64,000 bases of DNA, taken from positions 310,001 through 374,000 of the forward strand of contig NIVC01000045.1 in the NCBI GenBank assembly GCA_002269645.1, read 5' to 3'. Below are positions 12,788 through 26,330 of the stretch, in pieces. This DNA comes from Macrostomum lignano (Eukaryota). Numbering within the stretch: the stretch's first letter is position 1; the number at the start of each line of letters is the position of its first letter. Under the pieces are notes generated by a model that had not been told where the DNA came from, ran no database searches, and saw only the letters and a program-made list of their open reading frames with translations. A program made the position numbers and the translations under genes.

Positions 12788-14686
12788 GTGTCTGTAAGTG
12801 GCGCCATTTTAGCGGTGTCTGTAAGTGGCGCCATTTCAGAAGTGTCTGTAAGTGGCGCGATTTCAGAAGTGTCTGTAAGTGGCGCCATTTCAGGGGGTGT
12901 CTGTAAGTGGCGCCATTTCAGGGGTGTCTGTAAGTGGCGCCATTTCAGGGGTGTCTGTAAGTGGCGCCATTTCAGGAGGGTGTCTGTAAGTGGCGCCATT
13001 TTAGCGGTGTCTGTAAGTGGCACCATTTCGAAAGTGTCTGTAAGTGGCGCCATTTCAGAAGTGTCTGTAAGTGGCGCCATTTCAGAAGTGTCTGTAAGTG
13101 GCGCCATTTCAGAAGTGTCTGTAAGTGGCGCCATTTCAGGAGGGTGTCTGTAAGTGGCGCCATTTTAGCGGTGTCTGTAAGTGGCACCATTTCGAAAGTG
13201 TCTGTAAGTGGCGCCATTTCAGAAGTGTCTGTAAGTGGCGCCATTTCAGAAGTGTCTGTAAGTGGCGCCATTTCAGAAGTGTCTGTAGGTGACGCCATTT
13301 CAGATGGTGTCTATAAGTGGCGCCATTTCGACGGTGGCTGTAAGTGGCGCCATTTCAGGAGGGTGTCTGTAAGTGGCGCCATTTCAGAAGTGTCTGTAAG
13401 TGGCGCCATTTCAGGCGGTGTCTGTAAGTGGCGCCATTTCATAAGTGTCTGTAAGTGACGCCATTTCAGATGGTGTCTATAAGTGGCGCCATTTCGAGGG
13501 TGGCTGTAAGTGGCGCCATTTCAGAAGTGTCTGTAAGTGGCGCCATTTCAGGGGGTTTCTGTAAGTGGCGCCATATCAGGGGTGTCTGTAAGTGGCGCCA
13601 TTTCAGGAGGGTGTCTGTAAGTGGCGCCATTTTAGCGGTGTCTGTAAGTGGCGCCATTTCAGAAGTGTCTGTAAGTGGCGCGATTTCAGAAGTGTCTGTA
13701 AGTGGCACCATTTCGAGGGTGTCTGTAAGTGGCGCCATTTCGAAAGTGTCTGTAAGTGGCGCCATTTCAGAAGTGTCTGTAAGTGGCGCCATTTCAGAAG
13801 TGTCTGTAAGTGGCGCCATTTCAGATGGTGTCTATAAGTGGCGCCATTTCGACGGTGGCTGTAAGTGGCGCCATTTCAGGAGGGTGTCTGTAAGTGGCGC
13901 CATTTCAGGAGGGTGTCTGTAAGTGGCGCCATTTCAGAAGTGTCTGTAAGTGGCGCCATTTCAGGCGGTGTCTGTAAGTGGCGCCATTTCATAAGTGTCT
14001 GTAGGTGACGCCATTTCAGATGGTGTCTATAAGTGGCGCCATTTCGAGGGTGTCTGTAAGTGGCGCCATTTCAGGGGTGTCTGTAAGTGGCGCCATTTCA
14101 GATGGTGTTTATAAGTGGCGCCATTTCGAGGGTGTCTGTAAGTGGCGCCATTTCAGGGGTGTCTGTAAGTGGCGCCATTTCATCATTGTCCGTAAGTGGC
14201 GCCATTTCAGGAGGGTGTCTGTAAGTGGCGCCATTTCATCATTGTCCGTAAGTGGCGCCATTTCAGGAGGGTGTCTGTAAGTGGCGCCATTTCAGATGGT
14301 GTCTGTAAGTGGCGCCATTTCAGAAGTGTCTGTAAGTGGCGCCATTTCGAGGTTGTCTGTAAGTGGCGCCATTTCAGATGGTGTCTGTAAGTGGCGCCAT
14401 TTCAGATGTTGTCTATAAGTGGCGCCATTTTGAGGGTGGCTGTAACTTGCGCCATTTCGGGGGTGTCTGCAAGTGGCGCCATTTCAGGCGGGTGTCTGTA
14501 AGTGGCGCCATTTCAGGCGGGTGTCTGTAAGTGGCGCCATTTCAGGCGGGTGTCTGTAAGTGGCGCCATTTCAGGCGGGTGTCTGTAAATGGCACCATTT
14601 CAGGCGGGTGTCTGTAAGTGGCGCCATTTCGAGGGTGTCTGTAAGTGGCGCCATTTCAGGCGGGTGTCTGTAAATGGCGCCATTTT
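12788..14686. repeat. Minisatellite, about 27-bp unit GTGTCTGTAAGTGGCGCCATTTCAGAA
   Basis: About 70 copies; nearly invariant core AAGTGGCGCCATTT with a variable linker. Confidence 0.97.
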
Positions 14687-15199
14687 TTCGGAGCCCGTCA
14701 TCAGCGACACTTTTTTACTCCATCAGTAAAAGAAAAAAAAATCGTTTTTAAAATGAAGTTCTTTGTTTCAACCTGTATTCTTTTTGGATTGCCGTTTTAT
14801 AATAATTGAAAATTTCTAATACTTTACTCAAAATTTTTAGAATGACTTTGTGTTCCCTCATTAATTAAGAATCGATAAAAAGCAGTGGCGGGGGGGGCAA
14901 TTCACAGATAGAATGTAAAAGTAGATAACCGCGCTTTACCAACAAAAAACCATGACAGATCACCCGCTGTTGCTATGACTCAATACTCAATAGTTAGTGT
15001 AGGATAGATAGAGAATATGAAATGGGATAATTGAATTTTTAATTTAAGCGCAGTTGGTTTCATAATTAATTATTAAATTATAATCTTGGATTTAAAATTC
15101 AGAGTTCAGAACCAGTAGGTAGGTCTGATATATGAAAGCTGCTTGTTGCCAGTTCAGAAAGAGCCCGCCCACCTCCAACAGACAGGGGCACACCTGGTT

Positions 15200-15547
15200 G
15201 GGTCTGCAGTGGCCTCATCCAATTGCTCCAGACTCCCCATTGACGAGTCGCAGCCAATGAGAGGCTGCCCCCGTGACTCTCCCCCCCGATCTCACCAAAA
15301 GAACCGCCAACCTCTCTCCTCGTATCTAACAAATTCCTTGCCCTCAAAGAAGTCAAATCTTTAATCCCAGTTGACAAATCTTCATTTAAACACAGAAACT
15401 GTGTTTTCAAACAAAGCGAATTGATTTTTCTGTTAAATCTTTCCAATGCAGCAGCCTCAGCAGCAGCAGCAGCAGCAAAATTATTCGCCAACAGGATTTT
15501 CTGCGGGTGCCGCCAACTCATGCAACTCCAACCAGCAACTGACAGCC
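15200..15547 (+). promoter_or_regulatory. Putative irx promoter / 5' UTR
   Basis: CCAAT at 15219 and 15254, a short (GCA)n run at about 15448-15477, and a Kozak-like GCCATGG at 15545-15551. TSS not determined. Confidence 0.35.
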
Positions 15548-15562
15548 ATGGCTAAGTCTGAG
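15548..15562 (+). CDS. irx: Iroquois homeobox gene, inferred exon 1 (MAKSE)
   Basis: ATG in GCCATGG context followed by the canonical donor GAG|GTGAGT; phase 0 matches the acceptor at 16560. Confidence 0.6.
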
Positions 15563-16063
15563 GTGAGTGCAGGGGAGCCTCTCTATCCACTTCACTTACA
15601 AGGACGACTCAAGTAGAAGGACGGGAAAGCTCGTTTCTTAGAAAAATTTTGAAGGCACTTTTTCCCGAAAAAATACACTACGGAGATAGGAAAATTTCAT
15701 TTTTTCAGCACAAAAATTGTTATTACTTTTGATAGGAGGCAGATCCAGTGTTCATCTTCTGATATTGTGTGCCTTTTTTATTGCTCTATCGATATTCATA
15801 AAGCTTTTCGTTCAGAAAATTAGGATTCTATGTTAATTTTTTATTCTACGTATATTTTCCCGTGTCTTGTGCTTGAAATACGAGCTACATTAGAATGCCA
15901 CGGCTCGGCTCTTTGGTTTTCTGAGTCTATTTTGTCATTCTTAACTGACTGTGTAGCAAATATTTGTAACAGAGATTATAAAATAGATTCATAAAACCAA
16001 ATATTGGAGCTGTGTCATGCATTTTTGTAATTTTTAGGTCCAGGAAATATACTGTCTGCCTAC

Positions 16064-16481
<418 letters not shown>

Positions 16482-16560
16482 TAAGAATACGCTCGTAATA
16501 GTCGACTGCGGGTAAGAGAAATTCTTCATGCCCACAGACATCTCTCTCCAAAACCCGCAG

Positions 16561-16922
16561 AGTCCCCAGCCTCAGACGCCCCTAGCAACAGGCGACCAGC
16601 CTTCGCTGCCAGTCGGCTACCCGGACAGCAGTCAGCTGATGAACCTCTACGCTCCGTACGCAGCTGCAGCTCAGCAGCACCAGCAGCAGGTGGAGCAGTG
16701 CACAACCAGACTGCTCAACAGTCTACAGGATAACATGTACAATCCGCCAGCATATCCTATCACTGCGGCTGCTGCTGCAGCAGCTTGGAGACCCGGAGGT
16801 CAGAATGCCTATGAGCAGCAGCAGCAGCAGCAGCAGCCGCAAGCTCAGACTGGGGCGCTGATGGGATACGAGTCTCGGGCGGTGCCGTCTTGGAATTCGG
16901 CTTATCTACCCTATGCTAATAA
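16561..16922 (+). CDS. irx: Iroquois homeobox gene, exon 2 (Gln/Ala/Pro-rich N-terminus)
   Basis: Acceptor CCCGCAG| at 16560; SPQPQTPLATG...WNSAYLPYAN; donor AA|GTGAGC (phase 2) matches exon 3. Confidence 0.8.
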
Positions 16923-16974
16923 GTGAGCCATGAATGATGCTCGTACTGCAGCTTGCTTATTTATTAGCTCTCAC

Positions 16975-17510
16975 TGATACCACATGACTTTGATCCCCAA
17001 TCTCATTGATCCCACATGACTTTTATATCCAATCTCACTGATCCAACACCGACTTTAATCCCGTCTCACTGATCCCACACCGAATTTGATCCCATCTGAC
17101 TGATCCAACACTGAATTTAATCCCTAATCTAACTGATTCCACATGACTTTGATCCCCAATCTCACTGATCCCAAATCGCCTTTGATGGCTTTGATCTCAA
17201 TCTCACTGATCCCACACAGACTTTTATCCCTAATCTCACTGATCCCACACCGACTTTTATCCCCAATCTCACTGATCCCACACCGACTTTTATCCCCAAT
17301 CCCACTGATCCCACACCGACTTTTATCCCTAATCTCACTGATCCCACATCGACTTTGATCCTCATACCATCTCATTGATCCCAAATCGCCTTTGATCCCC
17401 AATCTCTCTGATCCCACATGACTTGTATCCCTAATCTCATTTATCCCAAACTGACTTTGATCCCAAATCTCATTAATCCCTAACTGACTTTAAAATCCCC
17501 AATCTCACCC
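16975..17510. repeat. Degenerate 33-bp minisatellite TGATCCCACACCGACTTTTATCCCCAATCTCAC filling irx intron 2
   Basis: Direct reading. Confidence 0.9.
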
Positions 17511-17517
17511 CACGCAG

Positions 17518-17822
17518 CCCGATCCACGAACTGAACGGCCAGAGACGCAAGAACGCCACCCGAGAGAGCACGGCAACTCTGAAAGCGTGGCTCAGCGAGC
17601 ACAAGAGCAATCCGTACCCCACCAAAGGCGAGAAAATCATGCTCGCCATCATCACCAAGATGACGCTCACCCAGGTTTCTACTTGGTTTGCCAATGCTCG
17701 GAGGCGGCTCAAGAAAGAGAACAGGATGACCTGGAATGAGCGCCACTCAGATGAGGCTGAGGAGGCTGAGGAAGAGGAGGACGATGAGAATGAGCAGTCT
17801 GCAGGAGCCGTGGGGATGTGCG
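17518..17822 (+). CDS. irx: Iroquois homeobox gene, exon 3 (TALE homeodomain plus acidic stretch)
   Basis: [64 protein letters not shown] is the Iroquois-class homeodomain. Acceptor CACGCAG| at 17517; donor G|GTGAGT at 17823. Confidence 0.97.
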
Positions 17823-17884
17823 GTGAGTCCTGGGGGACAGGTGGGAACTGGGGGAGAAGGCGAATGAGCAAGATTTGGGATTTG

Positions 17885-18670
17885 TGAGGGAGAGAGTAGG
17901 GTGAGAGGGAGAGAGTAGGATGAGAGGGAGAGAGTAGGGTGGGAGAGAGTTAGGGTGAGAGGGAGAGACTAGGATGAGAGAGAGAGTAGAGGGAGTGGGA
18001 GAGAGAATAGGATGAGTGGGAGAGAGTAGGGAGAGAGGGTGAGAGTAGGGTGAGAGAGAGTAGGGTGAGAAGGAGGGAGTAGGGTGAGAGGGTGAGACTA
18101 GGGAAAGAGGGAGAGAGTAGGGTGAGAGAGAGAGGGCAGGGTGCGAGGGAGAGAGTAGGGTGAGATGAGTGGGAGAGTAGGGTGAGAGAGAGATAGTAGG
18201 GTGAGATGAGAAGGAGAGTATAGAGAGGGGAGAACAAAGAGAATCGAGGCAAGAGACAGTCGGGAAGTGAACAGCCGGAGGCAAGAGACAGTCGGGAAGT
18301 GAACAGCCGGAGGCAAGAGACAGTCGGGAAGTGAACAGCCGGAGGCAAGAGACAGTCGGGAAGTGAACAGCCGGAGGCAAGAGACAGTCGGGAAGTGAAC
18401 AGCCGGAGGCAAGAGACAGTCGGGAAGTGAACAGCCGGAGGCAAGAGACAGTCGGGAAGTGAACAGCCGGAGGCAAGAGACAGTCGGGAAGTGAACAGCC
18501 GGAGGCAAGAGACAGTCGGGAAGTGAACAGCCGGAGGCAAGAGACAGTCGGGAAGTGAACAGCCGGAGGCAAGAGACAGTCGGGAAGTGAACAGCCGGAG
18601 GCAAGAGACAGAAGGGAAGTGAACAGCCGGAGGCAAAAGACAGACGGGAAGTGAACAGCCAGAGGCAAGA
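17885..18670. repeat. irx intron 3 repeats: GA-rich low-complexity tract (17885-18240), then 32-bp minisatellite GAGGCAAGAGACAGTCGGGAAGTGAACAGCCG (about 13 copies)
   Basis: Direct reading; the 32-bp period explains the 32-aa periodic minus-strand ORFs. Confidence 0.95.
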
Positions 18671-18704
18671 TCTAGAGCCGCAATCCACCACCTCGCCAAC
18701 CCAG

Positions 18705-19207
18705 CAGACAAGCTGCAGCAGTCCTCAGCTTCTGCCACCGCTCCGACGGCTATCAAGCGTCGATCTTCTGGATCTGCTGTCGCCACCGCTGCCGCCGCCG
18801 GCTACCCGCAGCGTCAGCTCGCCGCGACGGCCCTGCCAGACGATCAGTACGACCGGCCCCGGATCTGGTCGCTGGCCTACACCGCGGCCACCGCTGCGCC
18901 GTCCGCCTGTCCATCGTCGAGCTATTCAACGCGGCCGACGTCGAATGGAATGGCGGCTGCCGCTGCAGCTGCCGCGGCCGCTGCGGCTGTGGCCGCCGCC
19001 AGTTCGCAGCACGCGACGGTGCATCAGCAGGCGCCGATGCAGGCGCAGCAGCAGCAGCAACATCAGCATCACCTGCAGTATCACCAGCATCTGCAGCAGC
19101 AGCAGCAGCATCAATATCTAGTGGACTTCCCAGCCCATTATCCCATAGACAGCCACGGTTCCATCAGCGGCTACCCGCTGCAGCAGAGAGCCATCAACTG
19201 CGATTGA
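18705..19207 (+). CDS. irx: Iroquois homeobox gene, last exon (IRO box, polyAla, polyGln/His)
   Basis: RPRIWSLAYTA is the IRO box (KPKIWSLA type); TGA at 19205-19207. Phase-1 acceptor either CCAACCCAG| at 18704 or CCAG| at 18662. Joined CDS with the first is 1185 nt (394 aa plus stop). Confidence 0.88.
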
Positions 19208-19396
19208 TGCTTGGCAGAGTTTTTATTTACTGTTTATAACCCTGACAGCTGTGTGCGCGGCTGCGATGTCTGAGAATGTTCCTGTCCTGCATGCCATTTC
19301 TATACTTCAGGCATATGCGATATTTGTGTTTTTATTGTAGTGCCGTTTCACGTTTAGCAATAGCCTGTAATCTGTCAGCGTACACAGCTTTGCAAC

Positions 19397-20286
<890 letters not shown>

Positions 20287-21169
20287 CCCTGCCCGGGGTC
20301 AGAAACTACGCCCTTATAGGCAGAAATAAAGGCCCAAAAATATTTGTAGCAGCTTAAAAAGTCACTTGTCAAATTTTCAGTACTCTCAGTGAGTCCAAAT
20401 GCTTTGCACAGAAGCCTCAGTCAGTGTTAAGCGTTGCAATAAAGCAGCACAACTGCATCAGATTGAAGCTTCACCGATGCCATCATAAACTTTAATTTTG
20501 GTTTTTTCCTTCTGCCCAGATTTGACTTTCATATTTTCAGTTTTCACTTCGTCCTTGACACCCTGACGGAGATACAGGACTTATTAGTGGCACGGGAGAG
20601 CGGAAGGGTTGTCAAAGTTTTCGAGCGACTTGCAGTTGACATCCTTGATTTGAGTAGAGTTGAAGAGAAGGTTGAGTAGGGGGATGCAGGCTTCACCTAA
20701 TTGCCTTCTCTACTGCCATCGCTTCAAGTCCGTGCGAATAAGGAAACAAGTTCTCAATAGCTGACTTGAGAGCCATAATACAGGAAGGCCCAGCTGCTGA
20801 GGAGAATCATATAAGAACCCTTATAGATGAAGACCTTGTCAGGCCTGGGTGGAGTGGATTGAGAAAGAAATTGATTCTTTGTGAGCAAGCCCTATAATAC
20901 TAATAATAAGTGTAATAGATTGACCTCAAGTACTTCCATAGAATTCAAAACCATTGTTGAGAAAATTAGCACCAATATGGAGATTGACTCGCATTTCCTG
21001 GGCGGAGGAGATGCGCTGCTCCAAGGACAACGGAGTCATGGCCCCGATCCACTCCTGAGACCTCTTTGCTGGTCACTAATCTCACTTAGCAATGCCTTCA
21101 CTTCCGCCCTGTGTGTTTCAGACTCAGCTGAATTCCCATGTGCTCTCATTCAATTCTGAACTGGCTCAT

Positions 21170-24100
21170 TCTATCTCTCCTGATCTCTCATTCTATCTCT
21201 CTCTGATCTCTCATTCTATCTCTCTCTGATCTCTCATTCTATCTCTCCTGATCTCTCATTCTATCTCTCTCTGATCTCTCATTCTATCTCTCTCTATGAT
21301 CTCTCATTCTATCTCTCTCTCTCTCTGATCTCTCATTCTATCTCTCTCTGATCTCTCATTCTATCTCTCCTGATCTCTCATTCTATCTCTCTCTGATCTC
21401 TCATTCTATCTCTCTCTCTCTGATCTCTCATTCTATCTCTCCTGATCTCTCATTCTATCTCTCTCTCTCTGATCTTTCATTCTATCTCTCCTGATCTCTC
21501 ATTCTATCTCTCTCTGATCTCTCATTCTATCTCTCTCTCTCTCTGATCTCTCATTCTATCTCTCTCTGATCTCTCATTCTATCTCTCTCTATGATCTCTC
21601 ATTCTATCTCTCTCTGATCTCTCATTCTATCTCTCTCTGATATCTCATTCTATCTCTCCTGATCTCTCATTCTATCTCTCTCAGATCTCTCATTCTATCT
21701 CTCTCTGATCTCTCATTATATCTCTCTCTGATCTCTCATTCTATCTCTCTCTGATCTCTCATTCTATTTCTCTCTGATCTGTCATTATATCCCTCTCTCT
21801 CTCTCTGATCTTTCATTCTATCTCTCCTGATCTCTCATTCTATCTCTCTCTGATCTCTCATTCTATCTCTCTCTCTCTCTGATCTCTCATTCTATCTCTC
21901 TCTCTCTCTGATCTCTCATTCTATCTCTCTCTGATCTCTCATTCTATCTCTCTCTATGATCTCTCATTCTATCTCTCTGATCTCTCATTCTATCTCTCTC
22001 TGATATCTCATTCTATCTCTCCTGATCTCTCATTCTATCTCTCTCTCTCTCTGATCTCTCATTCTATCTCTCTCTGATCTCTCATTCTATCTCTCTCTGA
22101 TCTCTCATTCTATCTCTCCTGATCTCTCATTCTATTTCTCTCTGATCTCTCATTCTATCTCTCTCTGATCTCTCATTCTATCTCTCTCTGATCTCTCATT
22201 CTATCTCTCCTGATCTCTCATTCTATTTCTCTCTGATCTCTCATTCTATCTCTCTCTGATCTCTCATTCTATCTCTCCTGATCTCTCATTCTATCTCTCT
22301 CTGATCTCTCATTCTATCTCTCTCTGATCTCTCATTCTATCTCTCCTGATCTCTCATGCTATCTCTCTCTGATCTCTCATTCTATTTCTCTCTGATCTCT
22401 CATTCTATCTCTCCTGATCTCTCATGCTATCTCTCCTGATCTCTCATTCTATCTCTCCCTGATCTCTCATTCTATTTCTCTCTGATCTCTCATTCTATCT
22501 CTCTCCTGATCTCTCATTCTATCTCTCCCTGATCTCTCATTCTATTTCTCTCTGATCTCTCATTCTATCTCTCTCCTGGTCTCTTATTCTATCTCTCCCT
22601 GATCTCTCATTCTATTTCTCTCTGATCTCTCATTCTATCTCTCTCTGATCTCTCATTCTATCTCTCTCTATGATCTCTCATTCTATCTCTCTCTGATCTC
22701 TCATTCTATCTCTCTCTGATATCTCATTCTATCTCTCCTGATCTCTCATTCTATCTCTCTCAGATCTCTCATTCTATCTCTCTCTCTCTCTGATTTCTCA
22801 TTCTATCTCTCTCTGATCTCTCATTCTATCTCTCTCTGATCTCTCATTCTATCTCTCCTGATCTCTCATTCTATTTCTCTCTGATCTCTCATTCTATCTC
22901 TCTCTGATCTCTCATTCTATCTCTCTCTGATCTCTCATTCTATCTCTCCTGATCTCTCATTCTATTTCTCTCTGATCTCTCATTCTATCTCTCTCTGATC
23001 TCTCATTCTATCTCTCCTGATCTCTCATTCTATCTCTCTCTGATCTCTCATTCTATCTCTCTCTGATCTCTCATTCTATCTCTCCTGATCTCTCATGCTA
23101 TCTCTCTCTGATCTCTCATTCTATTTCTCTCTGATCTCTCATTCTATCTCTCCTGATCTCTCATGCTATCTCTCTCTGATCTCTCATTCTATCTCTCCCT
23201 GATCTCTCATTCTATTTCTCTCTGATCTCTCATTCTATCTCTCTCCTGATCTCTCATTCTATCTCTCCCTGATCTCTCATTCTCTCTCTCTCTCTGATCT
23301 CTCATTCTATCTCTCTCCTGGTCTCTTATTCTATCTCTCTCTGATCTCTCATTCTATTTCTCTCTGATCTCTCATTCTATCTCTCTCTGATCTCTCATTC
23401 TATTTCTCTCTGATCTCTCATTCTATCTCTCTCCTGATCTCTCATTCTATCTCTCTCTCTCTGATCTCTCATTCTATCTCTCTCTGATCTCTCATTCTAT
23501 CTCTCTCAGTCTCATTCCATCTCATTCTATCTCCCCTGATTTCTCATTCTATCTCTCTCTGATCTCTCATTCTCTCCCTCTGATCTCTCATTCTATCTCT
23601 CTCTGATCTCTCATTCTATTTCTCTCTGATATCTCATTCTATTTCTCTCTGATATCTCATTTTATTTCTCTCTGATCTCTCATTCTATCTCTCTCCTGAT
23701 CTCTCATTCTATCTCCCCTGATCTCTCATTCTATCTCTCTCTGATCTCTCATTCTCTCTCTCTCTCTGATCTCTCATTCTATTTCTCTCTGATCTCTCAT
23801 TCTATCTCTCTCCTGATCTCTCATTCTATCTCTCTCTGATATCTCATTCTATTTCTCTCTGATCTCTCATTATATCTCTCTCCTGATCTCTCATTCTATC
23901 TCCCCTGATCTCTCATTCTATCTCTCTCTGATCTCTCATTCTCTCTCTCTCTCTTATCTCTCATTCTCTCTCTCTCTCTCTGATCTCTCATTCTATTTCT
24001 CTCTGATCTCTCATTATATCTCTCTCCTGATCTCTCATTCTATCTCCCCTGATCTCTCATTCTATCTCTCTCTGATCTCTCATTCTCTCTCTCTCTCTGA

Positions 24101-24245
24101 TCTCTCATTCTCTCTCTCTCTCTCTGATCTCTCATTCTATTTCTCTCTGATCTCTCATTCTATCTCTCTCTGATATCTCATTATATCTCTCTCCTGATCT
24201 CTCATTCTATCTCCCCTGATCTCTCATTCTATCTCTCTCTGATCT

Positions 24246-24277
<32 letters not shown>

Positions 24278-24545
24278 GATCTCTCATTCTATTTCTCTCT
24301 GATCTCTCATTCTATCTCTCTCCTGATCTCTCATTTTATCTCTCTCTGATATCTCATTCTATATCTCTCATGATCTCTCATTCTATCTCTCCTGATCTCT
24401 CATTCTATCTCTCTCATTCTATCTCCCCTGATCTCTCATTCTATCTCCCCTGATCTCTCATTCTATCTCCCCTGACCTCTCATTCTATCTCCCCTGATCT
24501 CTCATTCTCTCTCTCTCTCTGATCTCTAATTCTCTCTTCCTGATC
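21170..24545. repeat. 3.3-kb pyrimidine-rich minisatellite GATCTCTCATTCTAT(CT)n with variable CT tract
   Basis: Direct reading; unit about 21-30 bp depending on the (CT)n length. Confidence 0.97.
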
Positions 24546-24954
24546 TCTCCCTCAATATTTCCCGTTTACCGCAGCACCTCACACCAACCGACCGCCGCAA
24601 AATCCTCAGTCTCCAAGTTCGCAAATAATTTCGCCAACACGAAAGCAGAACGGAAGTGGAAACAAAGATATTTTTATTTTCAGCTTCTGTGCGATGATTC
24701 CGGTTCTGCGGATTGTAAGCGCTTGGTCTTTCAAGCTTGCTGTTCAGGATAATTTCTTTCCGTTTTGAATCCTCACGCAAGGCCCTAGCAACTATTTCCC
24801 CTCTCTATAGCTGGGTGTTTCTGCCATATCTCAAAGCGCTTCCCTTCAAAGATGTTTTGAGCTTGATGAGAGAGCTGGGATTTTAGGTGTCGATAGGATG
24901 AAAATTTTACTCTAAAACTTTGCGGTAGCAGTTGCCTGGAAGCTTGAAAGACAG

Positions 24955-26330
24955 CGGCCCAGAACTGATGGACAGACAGACAGCGGCCCAGAACTGATAG
25001 ACAGACAGACAGCGGCCCAGAACTGATAGACAGACAGACAGCGGCCCAGAACTGATAGACAGACAGACAGCGGCCCAGAACTGATAGACAGACAGACAGC
25101 GGCCCAGAACTGATAGACAGACAGACAGCGGCCCAGAACTGATAGACAGACAGACAGCGGCCCAGAACTGATAGACAGACAGACAGCGGCCCAGAACTGA
25201 TAGACAGACAGACAGCGGCCCAGAACTGATAGACAGACAGACAGCGGCCCAGAACTAATAGACAGACAGACAGCGGCCCAGAACTGATAGACAGACAGAC
25301 AGCGGCTCAGAACTGATAGACAGACAGACAGCGGCCCAGAACTGATAGACAGACAGACAGCGGCCCAGAACGGATGGACAGACAGACAGCGGCCCAGAAC
25401 TGATAGACAGACAGCGGCTCAGAACTGATAGACAGACAGCGGCCCAGAACTGATGGACAGACAGACAGCGGCCCAGAACTGATGGACAGACAGACAGCGG
25501 CCCAGAACTGATGGACAGACAGACAGCGGCCCAGAACTGATGGACAGACAGACAGCGGCCCAGAACTGATGGACAGACAGACAGCGGCCCAGAACTGATG
25601 GACAGACAGACAGCGGCCCAGAACTGATGGACAGACAGACAGCGGCCCAGAACTGATGGACAGACAGACAGCGGCCCAGAACTGATGGACAGACAGACAG
25701 CGGCCCAGAACTGATGGACAGACAGACAGCGGCCCAGAACTGATGGACAGACAGACAGCGGCCCAGAACTGATAGACAGACAGACAGCGGCCCAGAACTG
25801 ATAGACAGACAGCAGCTCAGAACTGATAGACAGACAGACAGCGGCCCAGAACTGATGGACAGACAGACAGCGGCCCAGAACTGATAGACAGACAGACAGC
25901 GGCTCAGAACTGATAGACAGACAGACAGCGGCCCAGAACTGATAGACAGACAGACAGCGGCCCAGAACGGATGGACAGACAGACAGCGGCCCAGAACTGA
26001 TAGACAGACAGCGGCTCAGAACTGATAGACAGACAGCGGCCCAGAACTGATGGACAGACAGACAGCGGCCCAGAACTGATAGACAGACAGCGGCTCAGAA
26101 CTGATAGACAGACAGCGGCCCAGAACTGATGGACAGACAGACAGCGGCCCAGAACTGATAGACAGACAGCGGCTCAGAACTGATAGACAGACAGACAGCG
26201 GCCCAGAACTGATGGACAGACAGACAGCGGCCCAGAACTGATGGACAGACAGACAGCGGCCCAGAACTGATGGACAGACAGACAGCGGCCCAGAACTGAT
26301 AGACAGACAGACAGCGGCCCAGAACTCATA
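24955..26330. repeat. Minisatellite, 29-bp (and 25-bp) unit GACAGCGGCCCAGAACTGATAGACAGACA
   Basis: Constant GCGGCCCAGAACTGAT core separated by a (GACA)2-3 microsatellite. Confidence 0.97.

Noticed and set aside
11093-14390. Mucin- or antifreeze-like repetitive ORFs (MAPQTPSN..., VSVSGAISE...)
   Set aside because: The 22-bp unit cycles through all frames and the 27-bp array has frequent frameshifting indels; no flanking gene structure.
17473-18786. Minus-strand ORFs overlapping irx exon 3 and intron 3
   Set aside because: Antisense of the homeobox plus the stop-free strand of the 32-bp repeat.
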